Shown here: positions 1 to 8,272 of the stretch, piece by piece
Layout of the letters: each line of letters starts with the position of its first letter
How positions within the stretch are numbered: the first letter of the stretch is position 1
Origin: a virus
Lineage: Duplodnaviria; Caudoviricetes
Length of the DNA stretch: 28,567 nt
IMG/VR virus record: IMGVR_UViG_3300018073_000020
Location: 1 to 28,567 of that record
Direction: 5' to 3' (one strand)
The notes under the pieces: generated by a model
Told to the model about the DNA's origin: nothing
Seen by the model: the letters and a program-made list of their open reading frames with translations, nothing else
Databases searched by the model: none
Position numbers and translations under genes: made by a program

Positions 1-42
1 GGCGGGGCGGGCGGAGCGGAGCGGGAGCGGGAGCGGAGCCGG
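1..42. repeat. G-rich short tandem repeat (GGAGC/GGGAGC units)
   Basis: ggcggggcgggcggagcggagcgggagcgggagcggagccgg read directly at the window edge. Confidence 0.7.
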
Positions 43-168
43 ATGATCAGGGCGTGACACCGGTGACCAGGCGATGATCAGGCATGCGTGGGGTGATCGG
101 GGATCATGAGGGGTGGCCAGGGATCGCGAGGGATCATTAGGCCAGACTAGTGAAGACCCGTGTACTCG

Positions 169-177
169 TGGTATAGT
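169..177 (+). promoter_or_regulatory. Extended -10 promoter element TGGTATAGT
   Basis: TGn-TANNNT consensus ~60 nt upstream of ATG 236; the same TGGTANNNT form occurs at 6606 (+) and 13431 (-). Confidence 0.6.
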
Positions 178-235
178 GGTGCCTAGCGGGGCCGGGGAGG
201 CCGGGCCCCCGGCAAGATCACGAGAGGATCTGATC

Positions 236-718
236 ATGAGCGAGCAGCCCACCGCCACCCCCCAGGCCAGCACCGTCGACACCCTGCGCACCGCACTCCC
301 GGCCAGCCTGAACACCAGCACGATCTACGCGCTGGCCACCCTGGTCGACTGGAAGAGCGCCACCCTCGACACCCTGCACCCGGCCACCCGCCCGGCCCTG
401 GAGTCCGGCGCCGTGCAGGCCGTGTGGATCGTCGAGACCGACTCGTTCGAGATCGGCAACTCCGACCTTGACAACATCCACTCCATGGTCGGGGTGTACG
501 CCAGCCTGGAGATCGCGGTGGCCGACGTGTGGCGCAAGATCGTGGCCGGGGACCGGATCTTCAACCCGGTGTTCGGTGAGCACGTCGTGGCCACCGTGCT
601 CGTGCCCACCCCCGACAACAGCGCAGCGGCCGTGCCCTACGGCTGGGCCTCCACCGATGACAGCGCCGATGACAGCGCCGTGGCCCCGCACGGGCTGTCC
701 ACCGGATGGGACGCGTGA
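236..718 (+). CDS. Hypothetical phage protein (160 aa)
   Basis: ATG 236 follows CGAGAGGATC; strong GC3 codon bias; trimmed from ORF 113..718. Confidence 0.8.
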   Translation: MSEQPTATPQASTVDTLRTALPASLNTSTIYALATLVDWKSATLDTLHPATRPALESGAVQAVWIVETDSFEIGNSDLDNIHSMVGVYASLEIAVADVWRKIVAGDRIFNPVFGEHVVATVLVPTPDNSAAAVPYGWASTDDSADDSAVAPHGLSTGWDA

Positions 719-719
719 C

Positions 720-893
720 ATGCGGATCATCGGACTGCTCGCCATCGTGTTCCTGATCATGATGCTGGTCGGGCGCATCCTCGGCCGCGACGCACTGCTG
801 TTCATCTCCGTGACCGCCAACATCATCGTGCTCGGGATGAAACTCCGGATCTGGATCTCCGACCTGATCGCCCGCTCCCGAGAGGACGTCTGA
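720..893 (+). CDS. Small membrane protein (57 aa, two hydrophobic segments)
   Basis: MRIIGLLAIVFLIMMLVG...LLFISVTANIIVLG; starts 1 nt after the upstream stop. Confidence 0.7.
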   Translation: MRIIGLLAIVFLIMMLVGRILGRDALLFISVTANIIVLGMKLRIWISDLIARSREDV

Positions 894-894
894 C

Positions 895-1326
895 ATGGCC
901 CGCAGCACCCGTTCCAGCACCGACCCCGTCGTGTGGCTGTTCATCACCGGCATCGAAGAGGACCGGCACGTCCGTTCCGTGCACGCCACCCGCGACAGCG
1001 CCTGCGCCGAACTGTGCGACCTGGCCATGCGTGGCCAGCAACTGATCAGCCCCCGCATCGAGCGCAAGGTGATCAGTGGGGCCGAGCCGATCCGCTCCGA
1101 CCAGGTCGATCAAGTGGCCGCGGTGATCAAGGCGTATCGCGGGCTGGCTTCCGCGGGCAAATCCGACATGACCGGCCGGGCCAGCCTGCGCCCACTGCGC
1201 GAAGCCCTGGACGCGCTGGCCTACCCGATGGCCGTGCCCGACCCGGATGCGCCCTACCCGGTGCGCCGACCCGATCCCGACCCCGACGGGTGGACCGAAC
1301 CCGTGCCGCACCCCGGGAAAGGCTGA
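895..1326 (+). CDS. Hypothetical protein (143 aa)
   Basis: RBS GAGAGGA upstream; tightly packed; GC3 bias. Confidence 0.75.
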   Translation: MARSTRSSTDPVVWLFITGIEEDRHVRSVHATRDSACAELCDLAMRGQQLISPRIERKVISGAEPIRSDQVDQVAAVIKAYRGLASAGKSDMTGRASLRPLREALDALAYPMAVPDPDAPYPVRRPDPDPDGWTEPVPHPGKG

Positions 1327-1328
1327 TC

Positions 1329-1490
1329 ATGGGCTTCTCCCTGGGACCCGGCAAACCCATCCGGCGCACCACCCGTGAGGGTCGCTGGTCCCTGACGTGG
1401 ACCGAACGCCCGCCGTGGCCCGACCGCCTGGACAAGATCACCTTTCGATTCTGGGGCAAGCGTTACCCGATCTTTAACCGGAGGCTCTGA
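1329..1490 (+). CDS. Small basic hypothetical protein (53 aa)
   Basis: TGATCATG stop/start junctions at both ends; MGFSLGPGKPIRR... Confidence 0.6.
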   Translation: MGFSLGPGKPIRRTTREGRWSLTWTERPPWPDRLDKITFRFWGKRYPIFNRRL

Positions 1491-1492
1491 TC

Positions 1493-1852
1493 ATGGACGG
1501 CCTGGCCGAACGCCTGATCGCCTGCGACGCCGACCCGTGGGGCGAAGGCGCCATCCGCTACCCGCCCGAACTCGCCCGATCAGGAGACCGCCCGATGCCG
1601 CGCCGCAACACGATCACGATCCACGCCTACCCGACCAAGGGCGCCGACACCATCACGTTGATCGATTGCCCGCAGCATGAGGCCGAGCGCGACGCCGATC
1701 TCGACCCGCGGCCCGGGGTGCGGATGATCGTGCAACCCGAGGGACAGCTCAAGGCCACCCGGCTCACCCTCGACCCGCGGGCGGTGCGCCAACTCCGGGC
1801 CGCGCTCAACCGCTGGGAGCACGGCAAGGATCTGGCCGAGCCGAGGAACTGA
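1493..1852 (+). CDS. Hypothetical protein (alternative start 1595)
   Basis: ORF fills the gap; an AGGAG RBS precedes in-frame ATG 1595. Confidence 0.7.
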   Translation: MDGLAERLIACDADPWGEGAIRYPPELARSGDRPMPRRNTITIHAYPTKGADTITLIDCPQHEAERDADLDPRPGVRMIVQPEGQLKATRLTLDPRAVRQLRAALNRWEHGKDLAEPRN

Positions 1853-1857
1853 CCGCC

Positions 1858-2118
1858 ATGATCATCGTGCTGGTGGGGCTCGCGCTGTTCATCGGCGAGT
1901 CCCGCAAAACCCGCCGCATCCATGAGGCGCAGGCCAAACGGGCCCGTTACACCCGCGTCGACAAGTGCGGCGGCTGCAAGAAATCCCTGCTGGCCTGCAC
2001 CTGCGGGCAGACCCCCCAGAGCCCCACGTTCGCGGCTAACGGGCGCTTATGGTGCTCGCTGTGCTCATCGCTGTGGCGCGGCGGACACTGCGCCAACACC
2101 CGTTGCCGGGCCCACTAG
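1858..2118 (+). CDS. N-terminally anchored Cys-rich protein (86 aa)
   Basis: Hydrophobic N-terminus; CGGC, CTC, CSLC, C-x4-C-x2-H. Confidence 0.7.
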   Translation: MIIVLVGLALFIGESRKTRRIHEAQAKRARYTRVDKCGGCKKSLLACTCGQTPQSPTFAANGRLWCSLCSSLWRGGHCANTRCRAH

Positions 2119-2134
2119 CCGAGAGGATCACGTC

Positions 2135-3076
2135 ATGACCAAGATCGGAATTGCGGCGCTGATCACCGGTCTGGTGCTGCTCGGATTCGTGCGGGCCGTG
2201 CAAACGTTCGGCGCCCCACTCGTGATCGTCGTGCTGGTCGCCGGGCTGGCCATCCTGATCAAGGTGCGCAACGTGCACGCCGAAGGACACCAGGCGTCCG
2301 GCATCGACAAGATCAACCAGCCGGGGCGGGCCGTCACCGTCGGGGACCGCACCTCCCGATGGTGGGACACCGAACGCGAACTCGAACACCGACGCCACTC
2401 CTGGCTGTTGTCGCGCATCCTGCCCTACCGCGAAGTCCGGGTCGGCTCCCTCGACACCGCGCGGCGCCAACAGGCCAAACAACAGGCCGGTAAGCCGGTC
2501 CGGCCGATCGACTGGACAGCACCCAACCGCAACGGGGGCGGCTCGTTCGCCGGGGGCATGACCGCATCCGGCATGACCTACGACTGGTGCACGTGCTCCG
2601 AACAGGCCATGCCGTTGCTGTCCATGCCCGACGGATCCCAGCGCGCCAACCGCGGCGAAGAGACCTGCCTGTGCCAGTGCTCCGAATGCCGACCGAAGGG
2701 CCGCTACTACGACCAGGCCGAAGCCAAGATGATGCCGATCAAGCCCCGGCACTGGCGGGAACGCGAGATGGAACACGAGGTAGCGGTCAGCCTGGCCGAC
2801 AACCGGCGCCGCGCCGAGGTGGGCCGCGTCACCCGGCTGTGCCGCCTGGCCCGCGACTTCCGCAACGACCGGGCCGCCGACAAGCGGGACGAACAAGCCG
2901 CAGCGGCGGCCGGATGGGAGCACCCGAACGTGCGCCGGGCGCGGGGCGAGGAAGTCATCACCGACACCGATGAGTGGTACTACCGGCACGGGTTCCCGGG
3001 CGACGATGGGGACGACGACACCGACGACGACCGACCGACCGACCCGATCAACGCCCAACCGGGCGGACACGAATAA
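2135..3076 (+). CDS. Membrane protein with Cys-rich central segment (313 aa)
   Basis: ATG 2135 after CGAGAGGATC; two N-terminal TM segments; CTC...CLCQCSEC; acidic tail. Confidence 0.8.
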   Translation: MTKIGIAALITGLVLLGFVRAVQTFGAPLVIVVLVAGLAILIKVRNVHAEGHQASGIDKINQPGRAVTVGDRTSRWWDTERELEHRRHSWLLSRILPYREVRVGSLDTARRQQAKQQAGKPVRPIDWTAPNRNGGGSFAGGMTASGMTYDWCTCSEQAMPLLSMPDGSQRANRGEETCLCQCSECRPKGRYYDQAEAKMMPIKPRHWREREMEHEVAVSLADNRRRAEVGRVTRLCRLARDFRNDRAADKRDEQAAAAAGWEHPNVRRARGEEVITDTDEWYYRHGFPGDDGDDDTDDDRPTDPINAQPGGHE

Positions 3077-3092
3077 CCGAGAGGATCACCCG

Positions 3093-3986
3093 ATGGCTGA
3101 CACGATCAACATCACCCGTGAGTGCGGGCACTGCCACGCACCCAAGACGATCACCGTGAGTAGGACCGGATACCAGGCGTGGGACATGGGCCGGGGCGCG
3201 TTCGTGCAGGAAGCGTTCCCGGAGTTGAGCGCCGACGATCGGGAACTGTTGGTGTCCGGGATCTGCGGCCCGTGCTTCGATGCGATCATGGGCCCGGAGC
3301 CGGATGAGGACGAGGGACCCGGCGCGCTGATCATCGTGGCCGGGGACCCGTCGGACATCGAAGCGTTTGCACGGGCCGGGGGCTATGCGGGTGCGGAGCG
3401 GCCCCCCTCAGACCCCATGCGGGATGATGAGTCGACCCCGGTTGATCACGAACACCCCTGTTCACCGGACGCCAACCCGGGACCGGCCGGGGTCACCCTC
3501 ACCGACCTGGGCCCCGGATCGCTGCACGAGATCCAATCCCGGGTGTTGGCCGGGAAGACCCTGCAAGGCGAGGAAGCCACCCGCGGGCACCTGTCCGCGC
3601 CGCACACCGACTGGCCGCGCTGCGCCACCGTGCTGCCCACCATCACCTCCCCGCTGTTCTCCACGGAACCCAGCCTGTGCAACCGGCCCGCCACCTTGAT
3701 CGCCGGGTTCACCGCCGACTACCTGGACGCCTGCGGACACCACCGCTGCGACGACCCGATGTGCCCCATCGAGATGATCGGCTCCGATCCGGAGATCCGG
3801 GCGCAGGCCCTGGCCAACGTGATCCCGGTGTGCGGCATGCACCTGAACAAGTTGCGCATGGATGAGGACCGGTTCCGCCGCGACGTGCACCCCGACCTGT
3901 CGGCGGTGTTCCGGCTGGCCGTGATCGGCGTCGAGTCGTGCATCGGCACCGCGGCGCAAGTGTTCGATCTGCGGGGCGCGCAATGA
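3093..3986 (+). CDS. Two-domain putative Zn-binding protein (297 aa)
   Basis: ATG 3093 after CGAGAGGATC; N-domain CGHC...QEAFPELSADDRELLVSGICGPCFD resembles a common small phage domain; Cys/His-rich C-domain. Confidence 0.8.
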   Translation: MADTINITRECGHCHAPKTITVSRTGYQAWDMGRGAFVQEAFPELSADDRELLVSGICGPCFDAIMGPEPDEDEGPGALIIVAGDPSDIEAFARAGGYAGAERPPSDPMRDDESTPVDHEHPCSPDANPGPAGVTLTDLGPGSLHEIQSRVLAGKTLQGEEATRGHLSAPHTDWPRCATVLPTITSPLFSTEPSLCNRPATLIAGFTADYLDACGHHRCDDPMCPIEMIGSDPEIRAQALANVIPVCGMHLNKLRMDEDRFRRDVHPDLSAVFRLAVIGVESCIGTAAQVFDLRGAQ

Positions 3987-4540
3987 CCGACGATCCACGG
4001 CTGAGCGAAGCCTGGCGCGGGGAGCGGTGCTGGCTGATGGCATCGCCCCCGGGCCGGTCGGTGCCCGATGTGCTCGACGACCTGGACGGCATGCTCACCT
4101 ACTGCCGCCGGTTGCGGCTGACCCCGATGGTGGTCACCGACCCGCGCGGCGTGGTCGCCGACGACCCCGACGGGGAAGCGCTGGCCACCGCGCTGCACGA
4201 CCGGATGGGGGAGGCCCGATTGAGTGGGCTGGTCATGGGGTGGAACACCAAACCGGTCCGCAAGATCCGCTGGAAGATCAGCATGGGGTGGGGTTCGTCG
4301 CTGTGGTGCCGCGGTAAGGCGTTCAGCGGTCACCCCTACAAGCCCAAGATCACCTCTCGGGAGGCGCTGTTCTACTGGCTGCCCGACGGCGTGATCATCG
4401 ATCCGTGCGCGGCCGACGGACAGTTGATCATCCCGGCTTGGCGGGCCGGGCGCAACATCATGGCCGTGACCGACAAGGGTCCGGCGCTGTGCGTGGCCGG
4501 GCTCGGCCAGGGCATGCTCTTCGACCCGGCGCAGGGCTGA
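3983..4540 (+). CDS. Degenerate N6/N4 DNA methyltransferase-like protein (185 aa)
   Basis: VVTDPRG (cf. DPPY), GHPYKPK (cf. HPxxKP), GVIIDPCAADG...AWRAGR (cf. VLDPFxGSG...AxxxGR) in beta-class order; ATGA overlap with upstream gene. Confidence 0.5.
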   Translation: MTDDPRLSEAWRGERCWLMASPPGRSVPDVLDDLDGMLTYCRRLRLTPMVVTDPRGVVADDPDGEALATALHDRMGEARLSGLVMGWNTKPVRKIRWKISMGWGSSLWCRGKAFSGHPYKPKITSREALFYWLPDGVIIDPCAADGQLIIPAWRAGRNIMAVTDKGPALCVAGLGQGMLFDPAQG

Positions 4541-4542
4541 TC

Positions 4543-4680
4543 ATGACCGGGGCGATCGTACTGGCCGCGCTGCTCGCGCTCTGCGGCGTGTTGATCTGGG
4601 CTATCCGGCGGGACTACCGGCGGCTGCCCCCCGAAGTGCGCGCCCTACTTGATCACTGGACGCATCGCGACTTGGACTGA
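4543..4680 (+). CDS. Small single-TM protein (45 aa)
   Basis: MTGAIVLAALLALCGVLIWAIRR; TGATCATG junction. Confidence 0.65.
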   Translation: MTGAIVLAALLALCGVLIWAIRRDYRRLPPEVRALLDHWTHRDLD

Positions 4681-4736
4681 TCAACTGATTGATCAACCTC
4701 TCAAGATGAGACACATCCGGCGTGTAAACGGTCACC

Positions 4737-5027
4737 ATGCCGCGCATGGGCGCACCCGGATACATCGGGGCGATCGTCGCCGTGGCTGGCGCGTTGATTG
4801 CCGCGATCATCTGCACAGTGGCATGGATCATGCATCTCAAGCGCGCGTACCGGTGCCGCTGCGGACACTTCAAAAACGCGCACGAGCACTACCGAAGGGG
4901 GTCGGATTGCGGGCTCTGCGGATGCCCGCGCTTTCGACCCGTGATCAACCGCTCGGCGCGCGAAAGCCACCGGGCAACGCTGCGCTACGTGCAGCACGCA
5001 ACCGGCCAGTGGGTCCACACGACCTAA
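4737..5027 (+). CDS. Membrane-anchored Zn-finger protein (96 aa)
   Basis: TM helix then CRCGH...HEHYRRGSDCGLCGC, a motif familiar from small actinobacterial proteins. Confidence 0.75.
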   Translation: MPRMGAPGYIGAIVAVAGALIAAIICTVAWIMHLKRAYRCRCGHFKNAHEHYRRGSDCGLCGCPRFRPVINRSARESHRATLRYVQHATGQWVHTT

Positions 5028-5048
5028 CTCATAACCGAGAGGATCGCC

Positions 5049-5375
5049 ATGATGACCGCACTGCACTACGTGGGGCTGATCGGCATGTATGTGGAGTTCG
5101 AGCAACTGGACGGGGAGGAACCGATCATCGGCGGAGTGGTGCGCGCCGTGGCCGACCAGCCGCACGGCGCGGTACTGGTCACCTTCGAGAACGACCAGTG
5201 TTTGCTCATCGAGCGCGAGGCGTGCTGGGGGCTGCGCGTGTTCCGCCGGTCCCCATGGCTGATCAACCGCTACGGCGAGGCCGAGCACGCGGCAGCCGAT
5301 GCGGCGGCCACCACCTACGGCGATGAGCGCTACGGGCGGCCCCGGTGTGAGAGCAACGGCGCCGATGCCCAATAG
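5049..5375 (+). CDS. Hypothetical protein (108 aa)
   Basis: CGAGAGGATC at 5036; GC3 bias. Confidence 0.75.
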   Translation: MMTALHYVGLIGMYVEFEQLDGEEPIIGGVVRAVADQPHGAVLVTFENDQCLLIEREACWGLRVFRRSPWLINRYGEAEHAAADAAATTYGDERYGRPRCESNGADAQ

Positions 5376-5745
5376 ATCCTCGCCCAACCGGTTGATCATC
5401 AAGCTGCCGATGTGGTGGGCCACGCTGGGCGCGATCGGCGCCGACCCGTTGGTGCACGAGCCGTACGCCCGCGCCGCGCGCAAGGCCGTGCAGCTCTACG
5501 TAGATCTCGCGGTGGAGATCGAGACCACCCGGCTGGCTGTGCGGGCGTGTCACCCGCGGGTACTCGATGAGCGCCACGAGTGGCCCGGTGTCTGCTCGAC
5601 GTGCTGGGACCCCACCCGTGACGATCACTACGTGTGGCCGTGCCCGACGTTGCGCGCGGCCGGGGTGGATGAGGAGGGCCATCAGGAACGGGCCCAGCGG
5701 CCGGGTGGGTATGAGCCACACATAGTTCCGCCGGACGAGTCCTAG
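5365..5745 (+). CDS. Hypothetical protein with H..CxxC..WPCPT motif (126 aa)
   Basis: CSTCWD...WPCPTLRA motif recurrent in actinophage proteins; 11-nt overlap with upstream gene. Confidence 0.7.
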   Translation: MPNRSSPNRLIIKLPMWWATLGAIGADPLVHEPYARAARKAVQLYVDLAVEIETTRLAVRACHPRVLDERHEWPGVCSTCWDPTRDDHYVWPCPTLRAAGVDEEGHQERAQRPGGYEPHIVPPDES

Positions 5746-5803
5746 CCCAGCTACCCTGCACGCGGCCACCCCGGGCGTTTACACGCTAAGGAGGGGCGCA
5801 CCG

Positions 5804-6076
5804 ATGGCTGATCATGCACACCGGCAAGGGTTCGATCCGGGGCCGTGGGGTTCCGGCGGATGGATAGAGGCGCACTCCCGGCGTTACCGCATGTGGCACG
5901 TGCGGGCGGGCGCTCAGCTTTCGACACCCGATCTCGATGCGGTCACCCCGTACGCGTTGCGCAGCGGCCGACTGATCGACGTCTCGTGGGGGATCATCGT
6001 CTGTGATCGGGTGTCCCCCCGCGGCACCATGCACATCCTTGATCACGTACCTCAGCTCCGGGTGGCCACCTACTAG
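5804..6076 (+). CDS. Hypothetical protein (90 aa)
   Basis: AAGGAGG RBS at 5788-5794. Confidence 0.7.
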   Translation: MADHAHRQGFDPGPWGSGGWIEAHSRRYRMWHVRAGAQLSTPDLDAVTPYALRSGRLIDVSWGIIVCDRVSPRGTMHILDHVPQLRVATY

Positions 6077-6092
6077 GAGAGGGGATCCGATC

Positions 6093-6545
6093 ATGACCGA
6101 CTACCCGGACGGCTACAGCGAACGCTATCCACCCGGTGGGCCGTGGCCGCACTACGGCGACCCGCGGGACGGCACCTACGGCAACGTCCCGATCATCGAC
6201 GGCACCAACGTGCGCCCGGACGTGCTCACCGACCGGGCCCAACTGGTGGCGCTGCGGGCGTGGGTGCTGCAAGAGCGCGACCACGCGTTGCGGATCACCA
6301 TCGGCAGTGGGGCGGCGTCGTCGCTCCAGTTCGCCATCGCCATGTCCGACGTGGCCGCGGTGCTGTGGGAGTGCATCACGAAACTGCCGCCGGACGAACG
6401 GCTCAAGATCCTGGGGGAGCGGCCGAGCCCCCACAAGCGTCCGCGTCCGATGCGTCGGTTGACCCGCAACCCGCTGCCGTCCATGATCGATGAAACCGAC
6501 CCGGCGTTGTCGAGCCTGGACGATTGCGCGCCGCACCACTACTAG
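6093..6545 (+). CDS. Hypothetical protein (150 aa)
   Basis: AGGAGAGG RBS; ATG 6093 in ORF 6003..6545. Confidence 0.75.
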   Translation: MTDYPDGYSERYPPGGPWPHYGDPRDGTYGNVPIIDGTNVRPDVLTDRAQLVALRAWVLQERDHALRITIGSGAASSLQFAIAMSDVAAVLWECITKLPPDERLKILGERPSPHKRPRPMRRLTRNPLPSMIDETDPALSSLDDCAPHHY

Positions 6546-6605
6546 TGCACAGCAAGTACGCCTAGAGTCATCACACCCCGAATCCCGTAGGTAGTACCGA
6601 CGGTA

Positions 6606-6614
6606 TGGTATGCT
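6606..6614 (+). promoter_or_regulatory. Extended -10 promoter element TGGTATGCT
   Basis: In a 115-nt intergenic gap; followed by a CCGGGG..CCCCGG hairpin and the same 17-mer RBS block as at 220-236. Confidence 0.6.
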
Positions 6615-6660
6615 GGTGTCTCCGGGGCACGTCACCCCGGACGAGAGGATCTGATCACCG

Positions 6661-6939
6661 ATGACCGCCCCGGCCCTGCCCCGGATCGCTCACTGTGGCT
6701 CTTGCCCGGCCACCTTCCCCCGCGACGCCGCGCACTGCGCGAGCTGTCACGCCACGTTCGCCGATGTGGAGCTGTTCGCCGCGCACCGTCGGCCCACCCG
6801 CACCCGCTCCCTGTGTAAACGGCCGGGGAGTCTGGGCCTGGTCGAGCGTGCACACATCTGGCACCTTGCGCCCATGGCGCCCGCCGACCGTTTGGCGCGC
6901 TACCGGGCCATCCGGGCGCAGAACGAGCACGAGAGCTGA
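6661..6939 (+). CDS. FDXHR-like phage Zn-binding protein (92 aa)
   Basis: HCGSC...AHCASCHATF...FAAHR...C pattern. Confidence 0.7.
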   Translation: MTAPALPRIAHCGSCPATFPRDAAHCASCHATFADVELFAAHRRPTRTRSLCKRPGSLGLVERAHIWHLAPMAPADRLARYRAIRAQNEHES

Positions 6940-6987
6940 ACGGCCGTAACGCACGTCCCGATGGAACCGAACGAGAGGATGCACACC

Positions 6988-7272
6988 ATGGGCGGAACGC
7001 TCAAGGCCCTGACCGAAGACGCCGAAGCCGATGTGATCTTGCATTATCTGCGCGGCTGCGATGCCCAGGACCGGGCCGCGCGGCTGACCGCGGAGAACGT
7101 GCACGTGATCGTCAGTCTCCTCGATCATCTGTTCACGGCTACCGCGCTGGTACCCGCGGTGCGCGGCGCATTGATCGATCTGCTGAGCGTGGCCCGTGCG
7201 GACAAGTTGGCCGGGCTGCTCGCGCAGATCGATCCCGAGGGTGACATCGGCCGCCTGGCCAAGGTGGCGTGA
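6988..7272 (+). CDS. Hypothetical helical protein (94 aa)
   Basis: CGAGAGGATG at 6972 positions ATG 6988. Confidence 0.7.
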   Translation: MGGTLKALTEDAEADVILHYLRGCDAQDRAARLTAENVHVIVSLLDHLFTATALVPAVRGALIDLLSVARADKLAGLLAQIDPEGDIGRLAKVA

Positions 7273-7649
7273 TCATGAGGGGTGACGGTGGGCCTGACCC
7301 GCGGCGGCTCGATCGAGATGACTCAACCGAGCCCACCGATCACCCCGATACAGATCCGGCGCTGCCGGTGGATCCTGCACCGTGGCCGGACCGTCTACGG
7401 CTCCCTGAGCTACGGTTACTTGATCATCGTCGGCCCGGGGCGGCGCTACTGGCGGCCTACCAGAAACGGCGCGGTGACCCTGGCCCGACGGATCCGCAGC
7501 CAGACGATCGAGATCTAGGCCCGACCGCGCGGTGCCCGCTGTGCCATGAGCGCATCCGGGTGGAACTGGTCGACGTCGAGATCGGGCACGTCTGGCACGG
7601 CGTGCACTGCGGGTGGGGCCACGAGTTCGGCTCGGCGGACCTGCCATGA
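7269..7649 (+). CDS. Possible ORF; only the C-terminal CPLC..VDVEIG..HC segment looks coding
   Basis: GTGA/ATGA overlaps at both ends, but poor codon bias before ~7520. Confidence 0.3.
   Translation: MIMRGDGGPDPRRLDRDDSTEPTDHPDTDPALPVDPAPWPDRLRLPELRLLDHRRPGAALLAAYQKRRGDPGPTDPQPDDRDLGPTARCPLCHERIRVELVDVEIGHVWHGVHCGWGHEFGSADLP
7318..7518 (+). CDS. Small basic hypothetical protein (start 7318 or 7282)
   Basis: This frame carries the GC3 bias across 7318-7518. Confidence 0.55.
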   Translation: MTQPSPPITPIQIRRCRWILHRGRTVYGSLSYGYLIIVGPGRRYWRPTRNGAVTLARRIRSQTIEI

Positions 7650-7759
7650 TCGGGTTCGTGGTGGCCTGGTCGTTGGTGGTGTTCGCCGGGCTGTGCGTGT
7701 ACCTGGCGGTACTGGTCGCCACCGCGCCACCGCATGAGCGGGGACCGGAGGACCGATGA
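7646..7759 (+). CDS. Single-TM microprotein (37 aa)
   Basis: MIGFVVAWSLVVFAGLCVYLAVLVATAPPHERGPEDR, hand-translated; ATGA overlaps. Confidence 0.6.
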   Translation: MIGFVVAWSLVVFAGLCVYLAVLVATAPPHERGPEDR

Positions 7760-7857
7760 CGTTCAGCATCGTGTGGATCATCCTGGCCATCCTGGCCGGG
7801 TTGGCCATCCTGGCCGTGATCAGTTGGTTCATGCGGGATCGCGACGGTCCGCTGTGA
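7756..7857 (+). CDS. Single-TM microprotein (33 aa)
   Basis: MTFSIVWIILAILAGLAILAVISWFMRDRDGPL; GGAGG RBS; ATGA overlap. Confidence 0.65.
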   Translation: MTFSIVWIILAILAGLAILAVISWFMRDRDGPL

Positions 7858-7935
7858 GCTTGACCGGCTACTGGTCGTTGGTCGCCATCGTCGTGGTGTC
7901 CGTGGCGCCCATGGCCATGGGCTATACCGAAGCGC

Positions 7936-8070
7936 ATGGAAATACTGATCTTGTGCGTGTTCTGCGTTGCCTGCGGCGTGGTGTTGGGCTGGTCGGCCCG
8001 CGCCGCGCTGGCCCTGCGGGACGCCACCGAACCCAGACGAGAGGATCACTACCGAGATGACCAGTGCTAG
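7936..8070 (+). CDS. Single-TM microprotein (44 aa)
   Basis: MEILILCVFCVACGVVLGWSARAALALRDATEPRREDHYRDDQC, hand-translated; competes with overlapping ORF 7854..8060. Confidence 0.45.
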   Translation: MEILILCVFCVACGVVLGWSARAALALRDATEPRREDHYRDDQC

Positions 8071-8272
8071 CGGCACCCATCCCTACTGTGCGGTAACCGT
8101 GGTGCTCGTCCCGCTCGATCCGGACGGCAAGCCACAGATGGAGCGCACCGTGACCCTGTCCGGCGTGGCCGGGCCGATCGTCACCGACCAGGAAGAGGTG
8201 ATGATCCGGTGGCGGCCCGATGATGAGACCGGGGTCCGGTTCACCCTCACCGGGTCGGCGGTGCTGATATGA
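8057..8272 (+). CDS. Hypothetical protein (71 aa)
   Basis: CGAGAGGATC at 8038; ATGA overlap with next gene. Confidence 0.7.
   Translation: MTSASGTHPYCAVTVVLVPLDPDGKPQMERTVTLSGVAGPIVTDQEEVMIRWRPDDETGVRFTLTGSAVLI

Noticed and set aside
655-679. GATGACAGCGCC tandem duplication
   Set aside because: In-frame 12-bp slippage (DDSA x2) in a low-complexity C-terminus.
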